Positions 10,960 to 23,711 of a stretch of 64,000 nucleotides of DNA are shown piece by piece (position 1 is the first letter of the stretch; every line of letters begins with the position of its first letter). The DNA is taken from positions 81,160,001-81,224,000 of the forward strand of contig CM059432.1 of the NCBI GenBank assembly GCA_030390025.1. Reading direction: 5' to 3'. Origin of the DNA: Squalus acanthias. Taxonomy: Eukaryota. Under the pieces are notes generated by a model. That model was not told where the DNA came from. It searched no databases and saw only the letters and a program-made list of their open reading frames with translations. The position numbers and the translations under genes are program-made.

Positions 10960-12362
10960 GACAGCAGTCATTGAGATTGGATGCCACCAAGCATAGACTG
11001 CAATTCAGCACTAAGACGTTGTATCGCTTCCGCCTGTGCTGCAATGGAAGCTGCCAGATCGCCCATCACACGCGGCATCAGGTCTGGGTCGCCACGGTCT
11101 CTCTGGGAGTCTACCATCCTTTACAGACTGGAAATGACGGACTCCATGGTGTACGTAGAGCTTTGTGCAATGTTGGAGGTGGACTCCTCCACACTCCTTA
11201 TCATTGCTGAGAGGCTCTCGGGCACCCTTACGATTGCACCTATCATCTCCGTGTGCATGCCCATCACCCTTCCTCTAAATGCCTCCCCATCGAGGTTCTC
11301 ATCTGTGTCCTGTGCAGCAGAACTCACGCACGAACTTGCCCACCGGGGAGCTGCCCCCCGAGTTACCCTTTCCCCCTGGCCTTGCTGCAGCCGACTCGTC
11401 CCCAGTGCCTCAACCTGTGCAGATCCCGCTACTATACTAGCCTCTAAAGAACGCGTAGTGCCAGTATCTGAGCTGGTGCCTGCGGGTGAGACGCGGTCTG
11501 TTCTTCCTCCTCCTCTTCTCCCGCCTCACTCTCTATGGTGCCCTCAGGGACAGGCTGCTCAGGTGCTTGCTGATTATCTGAAAGCATAAAGGCACAAGAG
11601 TCCGGTTAAGGTGAGGGGAGGGGGTCAGGAAGGGAGAAATGCATGCATACAGCATGATTAGCTGGAAAGTGCGAAATGCTTGTGGGGTGAGGGGGAAGTG
11701 GAATGTGAGAAGAAGGAGTAGGGATGAACATACCATTGTTGTCTGCAAGGAGGTCAACGTCACTGGTGGCCACGGCGCCCACCACCTGGCGCCCAATAAT
11801 TTCCAGCACTGTATTTTCCAGTGCAGACTGTGGCTGGGTGTCAGCTTGTCCCCCGCCTGTGCGCGTCTGCTCCCTCCTGTTTTGAGCCACCTTGGCCTAC
11901 AAGAGAAAGGAAAGTGTGTAAGTGTGGAGCAATGTGTTTGGGTGATGTGCCTGCCATAATTGAATAGCTGTTATTGTGTGAAAGGTGTGGGATGTGGGTG
12001 TGAGTGTTGGTAGGTAGAAATTATTGGTGGGTGAGTGCTGGGGGTGTGGTGCTTTGGGTAGTGTATGAAGACTGTGGTTCAGATGGTGGTATGTAGCATT
12101 TGTTGAAGCATTGACTCACCCTGACCACCAGAGTGAGGTCGTTAAATTTCTTCTTGCACTGTGTGTGGGTCCTGGGGACCACAGTGCTGCCCGAGATGTG
12201 CTGCGCTACCTCCCTCCACATGGTGCAGAAGACTTGCGGCGAGGGCCTCCTGCTACTTGCCGGGTAGAGCACCGCCCTCCGTCTCACCACTGCAAACACC
12301 AACGCCTCCAATGCTTGATCGCTGAATCTGCGGGCTCTCTCCCTGGAGCGTGGATCTGCCAT
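10960..12362 (-). pseudogene. Harbinger-associated Myb/SANT-like DNA-binding gene, 3 exons (12362-12120, 11896-11734, 11577-about 10960)
   Basis: RERARRFSDQALEALV...W..VA...RTHTQCKKKFNDL; exon 2 NRREQTRTGGG; canonical GT-AG introns; exon 3 frameshifted. Confidence 0.85.
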
Positions 12363-13014
12363 GAGTACAGCTGCTTCAGTTATCCAGGTTCTTCTCCTTG
12401 ACCTGCTGCTGCTTGCTGAGGCAACTGCACAGCCAGCAATGCTGAGAATGAGGTTCTGCAGCATCAATGAACCTCCCCTTTAAGAACTGGAAAAAGCCTG
12501 TGGCAATCATGACTTGCGATTAGACTGCACCTGATATTGGTCCACCCTTTGAGTGTAATGACAATGAGCTTGGGCTTAAAGACTTGAATTAGCGCTCCAA
12601 TCATTTCTTTCAGGAGTGAGGATATAGTTCAGGTACAGTTGAGGTACATTCGCACTAGGGGGAAAGGTAGGGCAACTAAAGTCAGGGCTCCCTGGATGAT
12701 GAAAAAGATAGAGAATATGATGAAGCAGAAAAAGAGAGCATATGACAGATGGCAGGTTGCAAATACATCTGAGAATCAGGCTATACATAGAAAGGTCAGA
12801 GGAGAAGTGAAAAAGAAAATAAGAGGGGCAAAGAGAGGGTATGAGAATAGAATGGCAGCCAACATAAAAGGCAATCCGAAACATAGAAGCTAGGAGCAGG
12901 AGCAGGCCATTCAGCCCCTCGAGCCTGCTCCGCCATTCAATGAGATCATGGCTGATCATCCAAATTCTGTACCCTGTCCCTGCCTTCTCTCCATATCCCT
13001 TGATCCCCTTAGCT

Positions 13015-15745
13015 TTAAGAAATATATCTAACTCCTTCGTGAATATATCTAATAAATTGGCCTCTACTGCCCTCTGTGATAGTGAAGTCCACAGGTTCAC
13101 CACTCTTCCTTATCCTTAGACTGTGACCCCTGGTTCTGGACTCCTCGGCCATCGGGAACATCCTTCCTGCATCAAGTCTGTCTAGTCCTGTTAGAATTTT
13201 ATAAGTTTCAATGAGATCCCCTCTCATTCTTCTAAACTCCAGCGAGTATAAGCCCAATCGACCCAATCTCTCTTCATACGTCATTCCTGCCATCCCAGGT
13301 ATCAGCCTGGTGAATCTTCGCTGCACTCCCTCCATGGCAAGAACATTCTTCCTCAGATAAGGCGACCAAAACTGCACACAATACTCAAGGTGTGGTCTCA
13401 CCAAGGCCCTGTACAACTGCAGCAAGACATCCTTGCTCCTGTACTCGAACCCTTTCGCTACGAAGGCCAACATGCCATTTGCCTTCTTAACCGCCTGCTG
13501 CACCTGCATGCTTACCTTCAGCGACTGGTGCACAAGGACACCCAGGTCTCGTTGCACTTCCCCTTCTCCCAATCTATTGCCATTCAGATAATAATCTGCC
13601 TTCCTGTTTTTGACACCAAAGTGGATAACCTCGCATTTATCCACATTATATTGCATCTGCCATGCTTCTGCCCAATCACCCAACCTGTCAAAATCATACT
13701 GGAGTTTCTCGGCATCCTCCTCACGGCACACACTCCCACCCAGCTTTGTGTCGTCTGCAAACTTGGAAATATTACATCCAATTCCCTCGTCTAGATCATT
13801 GATATATATTGTGAATAGCTGGGGTCCTAGTACCGATCCCTGCGGTACCCCACTAGTCACTGCCTGCCACTCGGAAAAAGACCCATTTATTCCAACTCTT
13901 TGCTTTCTGTCTGCCAACCAGTTCTCTATCCAAGTCAATACCTTGCGCCCAATCCCATGTGCCTTAACTTTACACGCTAATCTCTTATGCGGGACCTTAT
14001 CGAAAGCCTTCTGAAAGTCCAAATACACCACATCCACTGGTTCTCCCTTATCTATTTTACCAGTTACATCCTCAAAAAATTCCAGTAGATTAGTCAAGCA
14101 CGATTTACCTTTTGTAAATCCATGTTGACTTTGTCCGATCTTGTCACTGTTTTCCAAGTGCTCTGCTATTACATCTTTTATAATGGACTCTAGCATTTTC
14201 CCCACTACCGATGTCAGGCTTACTGGTCTATAATTCCCCGTTTTCTCTCTGCCACCTTTTTTGAATAGTGGGGTAACATTAGCTACCCTCCAATCCATGG
14301 GTACTGTTCCAGAGTCTATAGAATTTTGGAAGATGACCAGCAATGCATCTACTATTTCTAGGCCCACTTCCTTAAGTACCCTAGGATGTAGATTATCAGG
14401 CCCTGGGGATTTATCGGCCTTCAATCCCGTCAATTTCCCTAACACCATTTCCCTACAAATACTGATTTCTTTCAGTTCCTCCCTCTCATTAGACCCTATG
14501 TTCCCTGACATCTCTGGGAGGTTATTTGTGCCCTCCTTTGTGAAGACAGAACCAAAGTATGTATTTAATTTGTCAGCCATTTCTTTGTTCCCCATTATAA
14601 ATTCCCCTGATTCTGACTGCAAGGGACCTACGCTTGACTTCACCAATCTTTTTCTCTTCACATATCTATGGAAGCTTTTACAGTCAGTTTTTATGTTCCC
14701 TGAAAGCTGACTCTCATACTCTATTTTCCCCCTCTTAATTAATCCCTTTGTCCTTCTTTGCTGAATCCTATACTGTTCCCAATCCTCAGGTTTTCTGCTT
14801 TTTCTGGCCAATTTATATGTCCTCTCCTTGGATCTTATGCTATCCCTAATTTCCTTTGTTAGCCACGGTTGAGTCACCTTTTTTATTTTATTTTTATGCC
14901 AAACTGGGATGAACAAATTCTGTAGTTCATTCATGCGATCTTTAAATGTTTGCCATTGCCTATCCACCGTCAACCCTTTGAGTGGCATTCCCCAATCAAT
15001 CCTACCCAACTCGCGCCTCATACCATCGTAGTTTCCTTTATTTAAATTCAGAACCCTAGTCTCTGAGTCAACTACTTCACTCTCCATCTTAATGAAGAAT
15101 TCTATCATATTATGATCGCTCCTCCCCAAGGGACCTCGCACAACAAGATTGCTAATTAATCCTTTCTCATTACATAATACCCAGTCTAAGATGGCCTGAT
15201 CTCTAGTTGGTTCCTCAACATATTGGTCCAGGAAACCATCCCGTATACACTCTAGGAATTCCTCCTCCACAGTATTGTTACTAATTTGTTTAGCCCAATC
15301 TATATGTAGATTAAAGTCGCCCATGATAACTGCTGTGCTCTTATTGCACGCTTCTCTAATTTTCCTTATAATGACATCCCCAAACTCCGTATTACTGTTT
15401 GGGGGTCTATACACCACTCCCACTAGCGTTTTCTGCCCCTTGGTATTTCTCTGTTCTACCCATACAGATTCCACATCATCAGAGCTAATATCCTTCCTTA
15501 CAATTGTGTTAATCCCCTCTTTAACCAGCAATGCTACCGCACCTCCTTTTCCTTTTTGCCTATCTTTCCTGAATATTGAATACTCCTGTATGTTGAGTTC
15601 CCAGCCTTGGTCACCCTGGAGCCATGTTTCCGTAATCCCAATCATATCATATTCGTTTATCTCTATTTACGCAGCTAATTCATCCACCTTATTACGAATG
15701 CTCCTCGCATTAAGACACAAAGCCTTCAGGCTTGTTTTTTTAACA
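13015..15745 (-). pseudogene. CR1 ORF2 (APE-RT); 876 aa open, with an early stop upstream of 15645 and a deletion/frameshift near 13105
   Basis: ITETW, YRPP, GDFN, SDH, KSPGPD, NYRPVSLTS, QHGF, FADDTKL. Confidence 0.93.
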
Positions 15746-15905
15746 CTCTTAGACCTTTTCGAATTATTATTTACTGTGACCACGTTTGATTTAAACCCTT
15801 GATTTCTCTGACTGACACCTTTGTTTTTTTCCTTCCTGACTTTTGCTTCTATCCTTGTTTCCCTTTCCTCTGTCTCCCTGCTCAGGTTCCCAACCCCCTG
15901 CCATT

Positions 15906-16856
15906 TTAGTTTAAACCCTCCCCCAGAGCACTAGCAAACACTCCCCCAAGGACATCGGTCCCGGTCCTGCCCAGGTGCAAACCGTCCGATTTGTACTGGT
16001 CCCACCTCCCCCAGAACTGGTTCCAATATCCCAGGAATTTGAATCCCTCCCTCTTGCACCATTCCTCTAGCCACGTATTCATCTGAAATATCCTTCTATT
16101 TCTACTCTGACTAGCACGTGACACTGGTAGCAATCCTGAGATTACTACCTTTGAGGTCCTATTTTTTAATTTACCTCCTAACTCCCTATATTCAGCTTTT
16201 AAGACCTTATCCCGTTTTTTACCTATATCGTTGGTACCTATATGCACCACGACAACTGGCTGTTCACCCTCCCCTTCCAAACTGTTCTGCAGCCACTCTG
16301 AGACATCCTTGACCCTTGCACCAGGGAGGCAACATACCATCCTGGAGTCTCGTTTGCAGCCGCAGAAACGCCTATCTATTCCCCTTACAATAGAATCCCC
16401 TATCACTATATCTCTACTCCTCTTTTTCCTCCCGTCCTGTGCAGCAGAACCACTCCTGGTGCCAGGAAGTTGGATGCTGCTGCCTTCCCCTGATAAGCCA
16501 TCCCCCTCAACAGTATCCAAAGTGGTATATCTGTTTGAGAGGGGGATGTCCACAGGGGACTGCTGCACTACCTGCCTGCGCCTACTACTCTGCCTGGTGG
16601 TCACCCATTCCCTTTCTGCCTGTGCAACCTTTACCTGCGGTGTGACCAACTGGTTAAATGTGCTATCCACGAGGTCCTCAGCATCGCGAATGCTCCAGTA
16701 TGTATCCATTCGCAGCTCCAGCGCCACAATGCGGTCTGCCAGTAGCTGCAGCTCGACACACTTCCTGCACACATGGTCGTCAGGGACACAGGAAGTGTCC
16801 CCGATTTCCCACATAGCGCAGGAGGAGCATACCACGGCGCCGAGCTGTGTTGCCAT
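15906..16856 (-). CDS. CR1 ORF1p: CxxC...CxxC zinc finger, coiled coil and SGNH/GDSL esterase domain
   Basis: CSSC...CRKC, IVIGDSIVR, CLPGA, HIGTND, DGLHL; uninterrupted 316 aa. Confidence 0.92.
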   Translation of the reverse strand: MATQLGAVVCSSCAMWEIGDTSCVPDDHVCRKCVELQLLADRIVALELRMDTYWSIRDAEDLVDSTFNQLVTPQVKVAQAEREWVTTRQSSRRRQVVQQSPVDIPLSNRYTTLDTVEGDGLSGEGSSIQLPGTRSGSAAQDGRKKRSRDIVIGDSIVRGIDRRFCGCKRDSRMVCCLPGARVKDVSEWLQNSLEGEGEQPVVVVHIGTNDIGKKRDKVLKAEYRELGGKLKNRTSKVVISGLLPVSRASQSRNRRIFQMNTWLEEWCKREGFKFLGYWNQFWGRWDQYKSDGLHLGRTGTDVLGGVFASALGEGLN

Positions 16857-18985
16857 GACTTACCCTTTAATTAATTGAGCTTAAATTAAATCAAATCAAT
16901 CCCACCAATTATACTATAATTAAATGATATAGGGCCCTTGTTTACCAACTGTCCCCGCTACACCACAGAGACCCTAGAAACTATAAACCACAAAATTTAA
17001 GTTTGGAAAAAGGAGAAAAAGATAAATACTCACCAACCACTCACTTACCTGCTTTCTGGTGACGTCACACTTTGATTATTTTTTACTTCTCTCTCTCCCG
17101 CTCTCGGGGCTCAGATTGGTAAGCCTACCTGGTCACTGCCACCTTTTATTGCCGCCGCCTCGCCACTGTCGCTCCACCCAGGTCCGCCGCCTCTTCTACA
17201 TGCATATAAATAGTAAAGGGGTAGTAAGAGGAGGGGTGGGGCTGATTAGGGACCAAAAAGGAGACCTATACATGGAGGCAGAGGGTATGGCTGAGGTACT
17301 AAACAAGTACTTTGCATCTGTCTTCACCAAGGAAGAGGATGCTGCCATAGACATAGTGAAGGAGGAGATAGTAGAGACACTTGATAGGATAAAAATTGAT
17401 AAAGAAGAGGCTGTACTTAAAGTAGATAAATCACCAGGAGCGGATGGGATGCATCCTAGGATGCTGAGGGAATTGAGGGCGGAAATCCGGGAGGCAATGG
17501 CCATAATATTCCAATCCTCCATAGATATGGGGATGGTGCCAGAGGACTGGAGAATTGCAAATGTTACACCATTGTTCAAAAAAGGGTGTAAAGATAAACC
17601 CAGCAACTACAGGCCAGTCAGTTTAACCTCAGTAGTGGGGAAGCTTTTAGAAACAGTAATCAGGGACAAAACTAACTGTCACTTGGATAGGTGTGGATTA
17701 ATTAAGGAAAGCCAGCACGGATTTGTTGAAGGCAAATCGTGTTTAACCAACTTGATCGAGTTTTTTGACGAGGTAACAGAGAGGGTTGATGAGGTAATGC
17801 GGTTGACGTAGTGTACATGAATTTCCAAAAGGCGTTCGACAAAGTGCCACATAATAGGCTTGCCAGCAAAGTTGAAGCCCATGGAATAAAAAGGACAGTG
17901 GCAGCATGGATACAAAATAGGCTAAGTGACAGGAAACAGAGAGTAGTGGTGAACGGTTGTTTTTCGGACTGGAGGAAGGTATACAGTGGTGTTCCCCAGG
18001 GGTCGGTTCTAGAACCACTGCTTTTCTTGATATATATTAATGACTTGGACGTGGGTGTACAGGGCACAATTTCAAAATTTGCAGATGACACAAAACTTGG
18101 AAGTACAGTGAACAGTGAGGAGGAGAGTGATAGACTTCAGGAAGACATAGATAGGCTGGGGAAATGGGCGGACACGTGGCAGATGAAATTTAACGCAGAA
18201 AAGTGCGAAGTGATACATTTTGGTAGAAAGAATGAGGAGAGGACATATAAACTAAATGGTACAATCCTAAAGGGCTTTCATGAACAGAGAGACCTAGGGG
18301 TGTATGTGCACAAATCGTTGAAGGTGGCAGGGCAGGTTGAGAAAGCAGTTAAAAAGGCTTACGGGATCCTGGGCTTCATAAATAGAGGTATAGAGTGCAA
18401 AAGTGTGGAAATTTTGATGAACCTGTATAAAACACTGGTTTGGCCCCAACTGGAGTACTGTGTCCAATTCTGGGCACCATACTTTAGGAAGGATGTGAAA
18501 GCCTTAGAGAGGGTGCAGAAAAGATTTATGAGAATGATTCCAGGAATGAGGGACTTCAGTTACGTTGATAGACTGGAGAAGCTGGGATTGTCCTTGTTGG
18601 AGCAGGGAAGATTGAGAGGAGATTTGATAGCGGTGTTCAAAATCATGAGGGGTCTGGACATTGTAGATAGAGAGAAACTGTCCCATTGGCAGAAGGGTCG
18701 CGGACCAGAGGACACAGATTTAAGGTGATTGGCAAAAGAACCAAAGGCGACGTAAGAAAAACTTTTTTACGCAGCGAGTGGTTAAGATCTGGAATGCACT
18801 GCCTGAAAGGGTGGTGGAGGCAGATTCAATCTTATCTTTCAAAAGGGAGTTGGATAAGTATCTGAAGGAAAAAAAATTGCAGGGCTACGGGGAAAGGGCA
18901 GGGGAGTGGGACTAGCTGAGAGTTGGCATGGGCTCGACTGGCCGAATGGCCTTCTTCCGTGCTGTAACCATTCTATGATTCTATG

Positions 18986-19088
18986 AGCATGAATTTCGCG
19001 TGCAGTCTAAAGCATTAATGCCAGGTGCTAATTCTCCAACTTTTCTAATTATACCACCCATTCCTGGGCTATAATGAATTTCTAGCCC
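18986..19088 (-). mobile_element. Harbinger terminus, probably the end of the Myb-bearing element at 10960-12615
   Basis: Ends AATTTCTAGCCC (TIR GGGCTAGAAATT), like other Harbinger ends in this window. Confidence 0.55.
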
Positions 19089-20579
19089 ATGAGATGATTG
19101 AAGTCAAAACAGTTAATCTCAGCAGACAAAGAGGATAAAAACTGCAGGAACATTTGCACGTTCAGCAGTAGAGAATTTGTATTTACATAATTTGAATACT
19201 TCAGCAAAACTTTCAATGCCTAAAATGTTAATAAACATATAAACACCAAGAAAAATGTGTGTTTGACACCCACACGTTAATCACTTATGATAATGTGTTA
19301 TGTTTAAATGAATACAATTATGCCATTCTGAGTTAATTATATTTAATGGTCTTCCATTCCCTAGCATGATATCACTGTCATTATCATCTCATTTAAATAT
19401 GCCCCCCCATATTATGAATGCCAAAAAATCTGACTCAAAAATGGGGTTGGATCCAGCATAACAGAATCCTGACCCATTTTCCACCACCGCCTGCCCCCCT
19501 CCTCCTCCCTCCTGCATCACTGGAAAACTGGCATAAAAGTAGTCGAACATTTCAGCCATTATGTTTTATGTGATCTGTGTTTTTCTATATTTGTCATGAC
19601 CACAGTGTCCTGAGATTAGTACTTATTTTGTTGAATCTTATATAATGAACATAACCTACCGAAGACCGTTAAATACAGTTCACGCAAGCACATAAGAGCA
19701 CTTAGAGCAATGCATTTATGTGCCAATTTGAGATTCAAAGAATAATTGAAAGTGCAAGTAATGTTGATTAGAAGTGGGTTTTCTTCAATTATACTTTATA
19801 TACATTTCATGCTGCAAAAATGACTGAAGTGACAGCAGAATTAATACTTGGAAGAACAAATACTAAAATAATTCAAAGCCACAAATTTTAGTCCTTACAT
19901 TTATGCTGTGTGAATATCAGTGTAACAACCTTTTAAATATTTGTATCAACTTCCTTTTTTCACTATTTAACAGAGGTTTTAGTTCATTTATTTCATTCAT
20001 GCAATACAATATCAAGCCCTTATTAGGTTAGATTTCCTGATCCTTATTACCAGTGGTGCCAGAGTGGAACAATGGGGGCCTGGAATCTGGGGCAGATATT
20101 CATCTTGCCTCATCTATGCCATTCTTGAATTGCATGTCATCTTGCAGCTGGCCTTTAAGGTCAGGCTACAGTGCTCTTACCTAAATTGCATGAAAGCTTA
20201 ATTTAAATGTAATAATGCAGTGTAAAGAGATTGAATTGAGTACAGGCATGATTCCCTGCTGCTCTCGCCAGCAATGTGCTGTGTATTCACTTTACCCATA
20301 TTTAAAGGGAAGGCAGGTTCTGGACTGACAAGATGTCAATGTTTAAAAGGGAACCAACAGGACTTTTGTTTGGAGCACAAACGAAAGTGGACTTCATTTT
20401 GTGTTTTTGGACCTGAAATTTTCTGTGTGTTTCTTTAGAGCAGCTTGTTTATTTGTGGAGATTTTTGACAGCAAGATTTATAATTGCCGCTATTACCAGT
20501 CTGTACTTGCATCTACTTGTCCTGCAGTCATGGTTTAATTTTAAATAGTGCTCAGGATTAACCTTTCTATTCCACTTAG

Positions 20580-21480
20580 CATCTTGTATACCTCTGTAAG
20601 GTTCCTTCTAAATCATCTGCTACATCATTTACTTTAAAGGCTGATGAGTCTAAATTTTTCTAACCTTTCCTCATAATTCAGTTTCCTAGGACACTAGGGA
20701 TCATTATTGGCTTTTCTTTGTACTGATTCAAGCACTTGGATGTTTCCATTATGCCTCAGTAACCAGGACATGAAAGACGTGAAGGTACAGCTTGATCAGA
20801 TAACTATACAGCTTCAGCATGCCGCCCTTGAACTTAAATATTACTGATTCAGCAATGTCGCTCAGCATTGCTTATTTTGTTAATTGCTCCTTTGCAATGA
20901 CTGGACATAGTTGGTATTGAGTCTACAATCACTGCCAGATCTCTTTCAGACTCTCCCCGAATTTATTCAGCATCATTCATTAAGTAAGTATATCCCTCAA
21001 TTGTTTTCCAATTTATAATACTTACCTATTAAATTTCATCTCTCATAGTTCTGTCCACTTGCAACTATTATCTAGGTCCTTCATCAGATTCTGCTGTTTA
21101 GTATTATCTGCAAATTAAACCAACTTGCATTATTTTTCTGAAGCTAGGTCATTTTTGTATATTAGAAAGAGTCGGATCCCCAGCACTGATCCTTGAGGCA
21201 CTCCACCCAGTGCATTGCCCCAGCCTGACTTTAATCCCCTAAATAGTACCCACTACCACCTCTTTTCCAGGCAATTCTTTATACACCTTCAAATTTCATC
21301 TACCATACCAACTCCATTCAGCTTGTGTAGCAGCCTTTCATGTAGAACCTCATCAAATGCTTTGTGGAAGTCTAGGCACACAATATCATAGGACATTCTA
21401 ACGTCAACTGGAAGTCACTTTCTGAACATAGTCAAGGAGGTTGGTCAGGTAGGATCTGCACCTTCAAAAATGATGTTGAG
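20580..21480 (-). mobile_element. Old degenerate CR1 RT fragment
   Basis: The minus strand reads KAFDEVLHERL and VPQGSVLG. Confidence 0.7.
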
Positions 21481-21719
21481 TACCACTTAAAAAGAAAGAA
21501 AGCCACAGCCCTGAATATTTATTTCTCTGGCTCATTCAAGTTACCGCAGGGCACAGCAGCAACATCAATAAATTCACTGCATGCAAATGCATCCAGTAGG
21601 CTAGTGATGCACTCCAAGGAAAACACATTCATAATTTCTCCCAAGAAAACCAACCATGGAATGAGATAGTTTTTCAATTTTTCCATTTCTAAGATTCTCT
21701 AGATATATGAGGGTTGATT

Positions 21720-22100
21720 GATGTCATCCATATGCCATCTTGACGTCTACACAGAATTCCATGATGTTCATGAACTGCAAAGGCTTCCACACTATCAATG
21801 TCCCACTGGTCAGTGACCAGCAAATAAAAGCTGCATCTAAGGCAGCTGTCATGACTATTTTAAGACAATCTTGTATGTGGGGACTATTTGAAGGAGAAGG
21901 AAGATCGCACGGCTGTCTTCCACCTACTGTCTTCAACCTTGGCTCAAAAATTGTCATGAACTTCAGTGCAACAAACTTTTAACCCACTAAAGGCATCTTG
22001 GAGCAGCACTTCTAGTCCCTGGACATTTCATGATGTCTTGCTAGATAGGCCTGTCATTGTCTCCAAGGTTATGTAGTCTGCCACACACACAGATAAATTA
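21720..22100 (+). pseudogene. Degenerate Harbinger (HARBI1-like) transposase fragment
   Basis: FMNCKGFHTINVPLVSDQ resembles FxNRKGFHSINVQLVCD; also ILRQS. Confidence 0.7.
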
Positions 22101-22124
22101 TTTGTGATGGATAGGGTTGGTAGT

Positions 22125-22563
22125 GTCAGCTGTGGCTCATGTGGTAGCACTCTGAGTCAGAAGATTGTGGGATTCTCACTCCAGAGACTTGAGTACGAAA
22201 TCTAGGCTGACACTTTAGTGCAGTGCTGAAGGAGTGCTGTACTGGAGAAGGTGCCGTCTTTCGGATGAGGTGTTAAACGGAGACCCCATCAGCCCTCATG
22301 GGTGGGCGTAAATAATCCCAAGGCACTATTTGAAGAAGAGCAGGGGAGTTTTCCCCAGTGTCCTGGCCAATATTTACTACTCAACCATCACTAAAACAGA
22401 TTATCTGGTCATTATCACATTGCTGTTTGTGGGAGCTTGTTGTGCACAAATTGGCTGCCACGTTTCCAACATTAAAACCCTTCAAAAGTACTTTATTGGC
22501 TGTGAAATGCTTTGGGATGTCCTGATGATGTGAAAGGTCCTATATCAATGCGAGTTCTTTCTT
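22125..22563 (+). mobile_element. Deu-domain SINE with tRNA-derived head
   Basis: TGTGGCTCATGTGGTAGCAC head, Deu core and ATGCGAGTTCTTTCTT tail. Confidence 0.88.
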
Positions 22564-22658
22564 CTAGCCCCAGAGGACATGCATACAAAATATTTAAGCA
22601 AAGAGAGGGAATGGATGCCAGGAAACATTTATTTTCACAGAGGTCCATTGTCTTCTGG

Positions 22659-23588
22659 AACATAGAAACATAGAAAAATAGGAGCAGGAGTGGGCCATTC
22701 AGCCCTTCGAGCCTGCTCCGCCATTCAATATGATCATGGCTGATCCTCTATCTCAATACCATATTCCCGCTCTCTCCCCATACCCCTTGATGTCTTTTGT
22801 GTCTAGAAATCTATCTATCTCCTTCTTAAATATATTCAGTGACTTGGCCTCCACAGCTTTCTGTGGTAGAGAATTCCACCGGTTCACCACCCTCTGAGTG
22901 AAGAAATTTCTCCTCATCTCAGTCCTAAATGTCCTACCCCGTATCCTGAGACTGTGACCCCTCGTTCTAGATCTCCCAGCCAGGGGAAACATCCTCCCTG
23001 CATCCAGTCTGTCTAGCCCTGTCAGAATTTTATATGTTTCAATGAGATCCCCTCTCATTCTTCTAAACTCTAGTGAATACAGGCCTAGTCGACCCAATCT
23101 GTCCTCATACGACAGTCCTGCCATCCCAGGAATCAGTCTGGTGAACCTTCGCTGCGCTCCCTCTATGGCAAGTATATCCTTTCTTAGGTAAGGAGACCAA
23201 AACTGCACACACTACTCCAGGTGTGGTCTCACCAAGGCCCTGTATAACTGTAGTAAGACATCCTTGCTCCTGTACTCAAATCCTCTTGCAATGAAGGCCA
23301 ACATAGCATTTGCCTTCCTAACTGCTTGCTGTACCTGCATGTTTGCTTTCAGTGACTGTACAAGGACACCCAGGTCCCTCTGTACATCAACATTTCCCAA
23401 TCTATCACCATTTAAATAATACTCTGCCTTTCTGTTTTTCCTACCGAAGTGGATAACTTCACATTTATCCACATTATACTGCATCTGCCATGTATTTGCC
23501 CACTCACTCAACTTGTCTAAATCGCCTTGAAGCCCTTTTGCATCCTCCTCACAACTCACAGTCCCACCTAGTTTTGTGTCGTCAGCAA
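22659..23588 (-). mobile_element. CR1 3' fragment
   Basis: ADDTKLGG through to the C-terminus; tail TTCTATGTTTCTATGTT. Confidence 0.93.
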
Positions 23589-23711
23589 CATGTAGATGTT
23601 CAGAGTCACAGCAGCCCTTTGAAAGGAAATTTGACAAGCTCCTGAATGAAAAGGAAATTTCCAATTATGGATGGTGATTAGCTGGGATGATGATCAGTAA
23701 TGGATTATCAA

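Larger units (their letters stand above)
12881..17192 (-). mobile_element. Near full-length CR1 LINE (5' UTR, ORF1, ORF2, 3' tail)
   Basis: GC-rich 5' end, 316-aa ORF1, long ORF2 and a CR1 tail. It is the same subfamily as 492-3158. Confidence 0.96.
12616..18985 (+). mobile_element. CR1 LINE (second subfamily), 5'-truncated, split by a nested CR1 (segments 12616-12880 and 17193-18985)
   Basis: ...NIKGNPK resumes as FYMHINSK after the insert; RT motifs; tail TTCTATGATTCTATGA. Confidence 0.92.
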
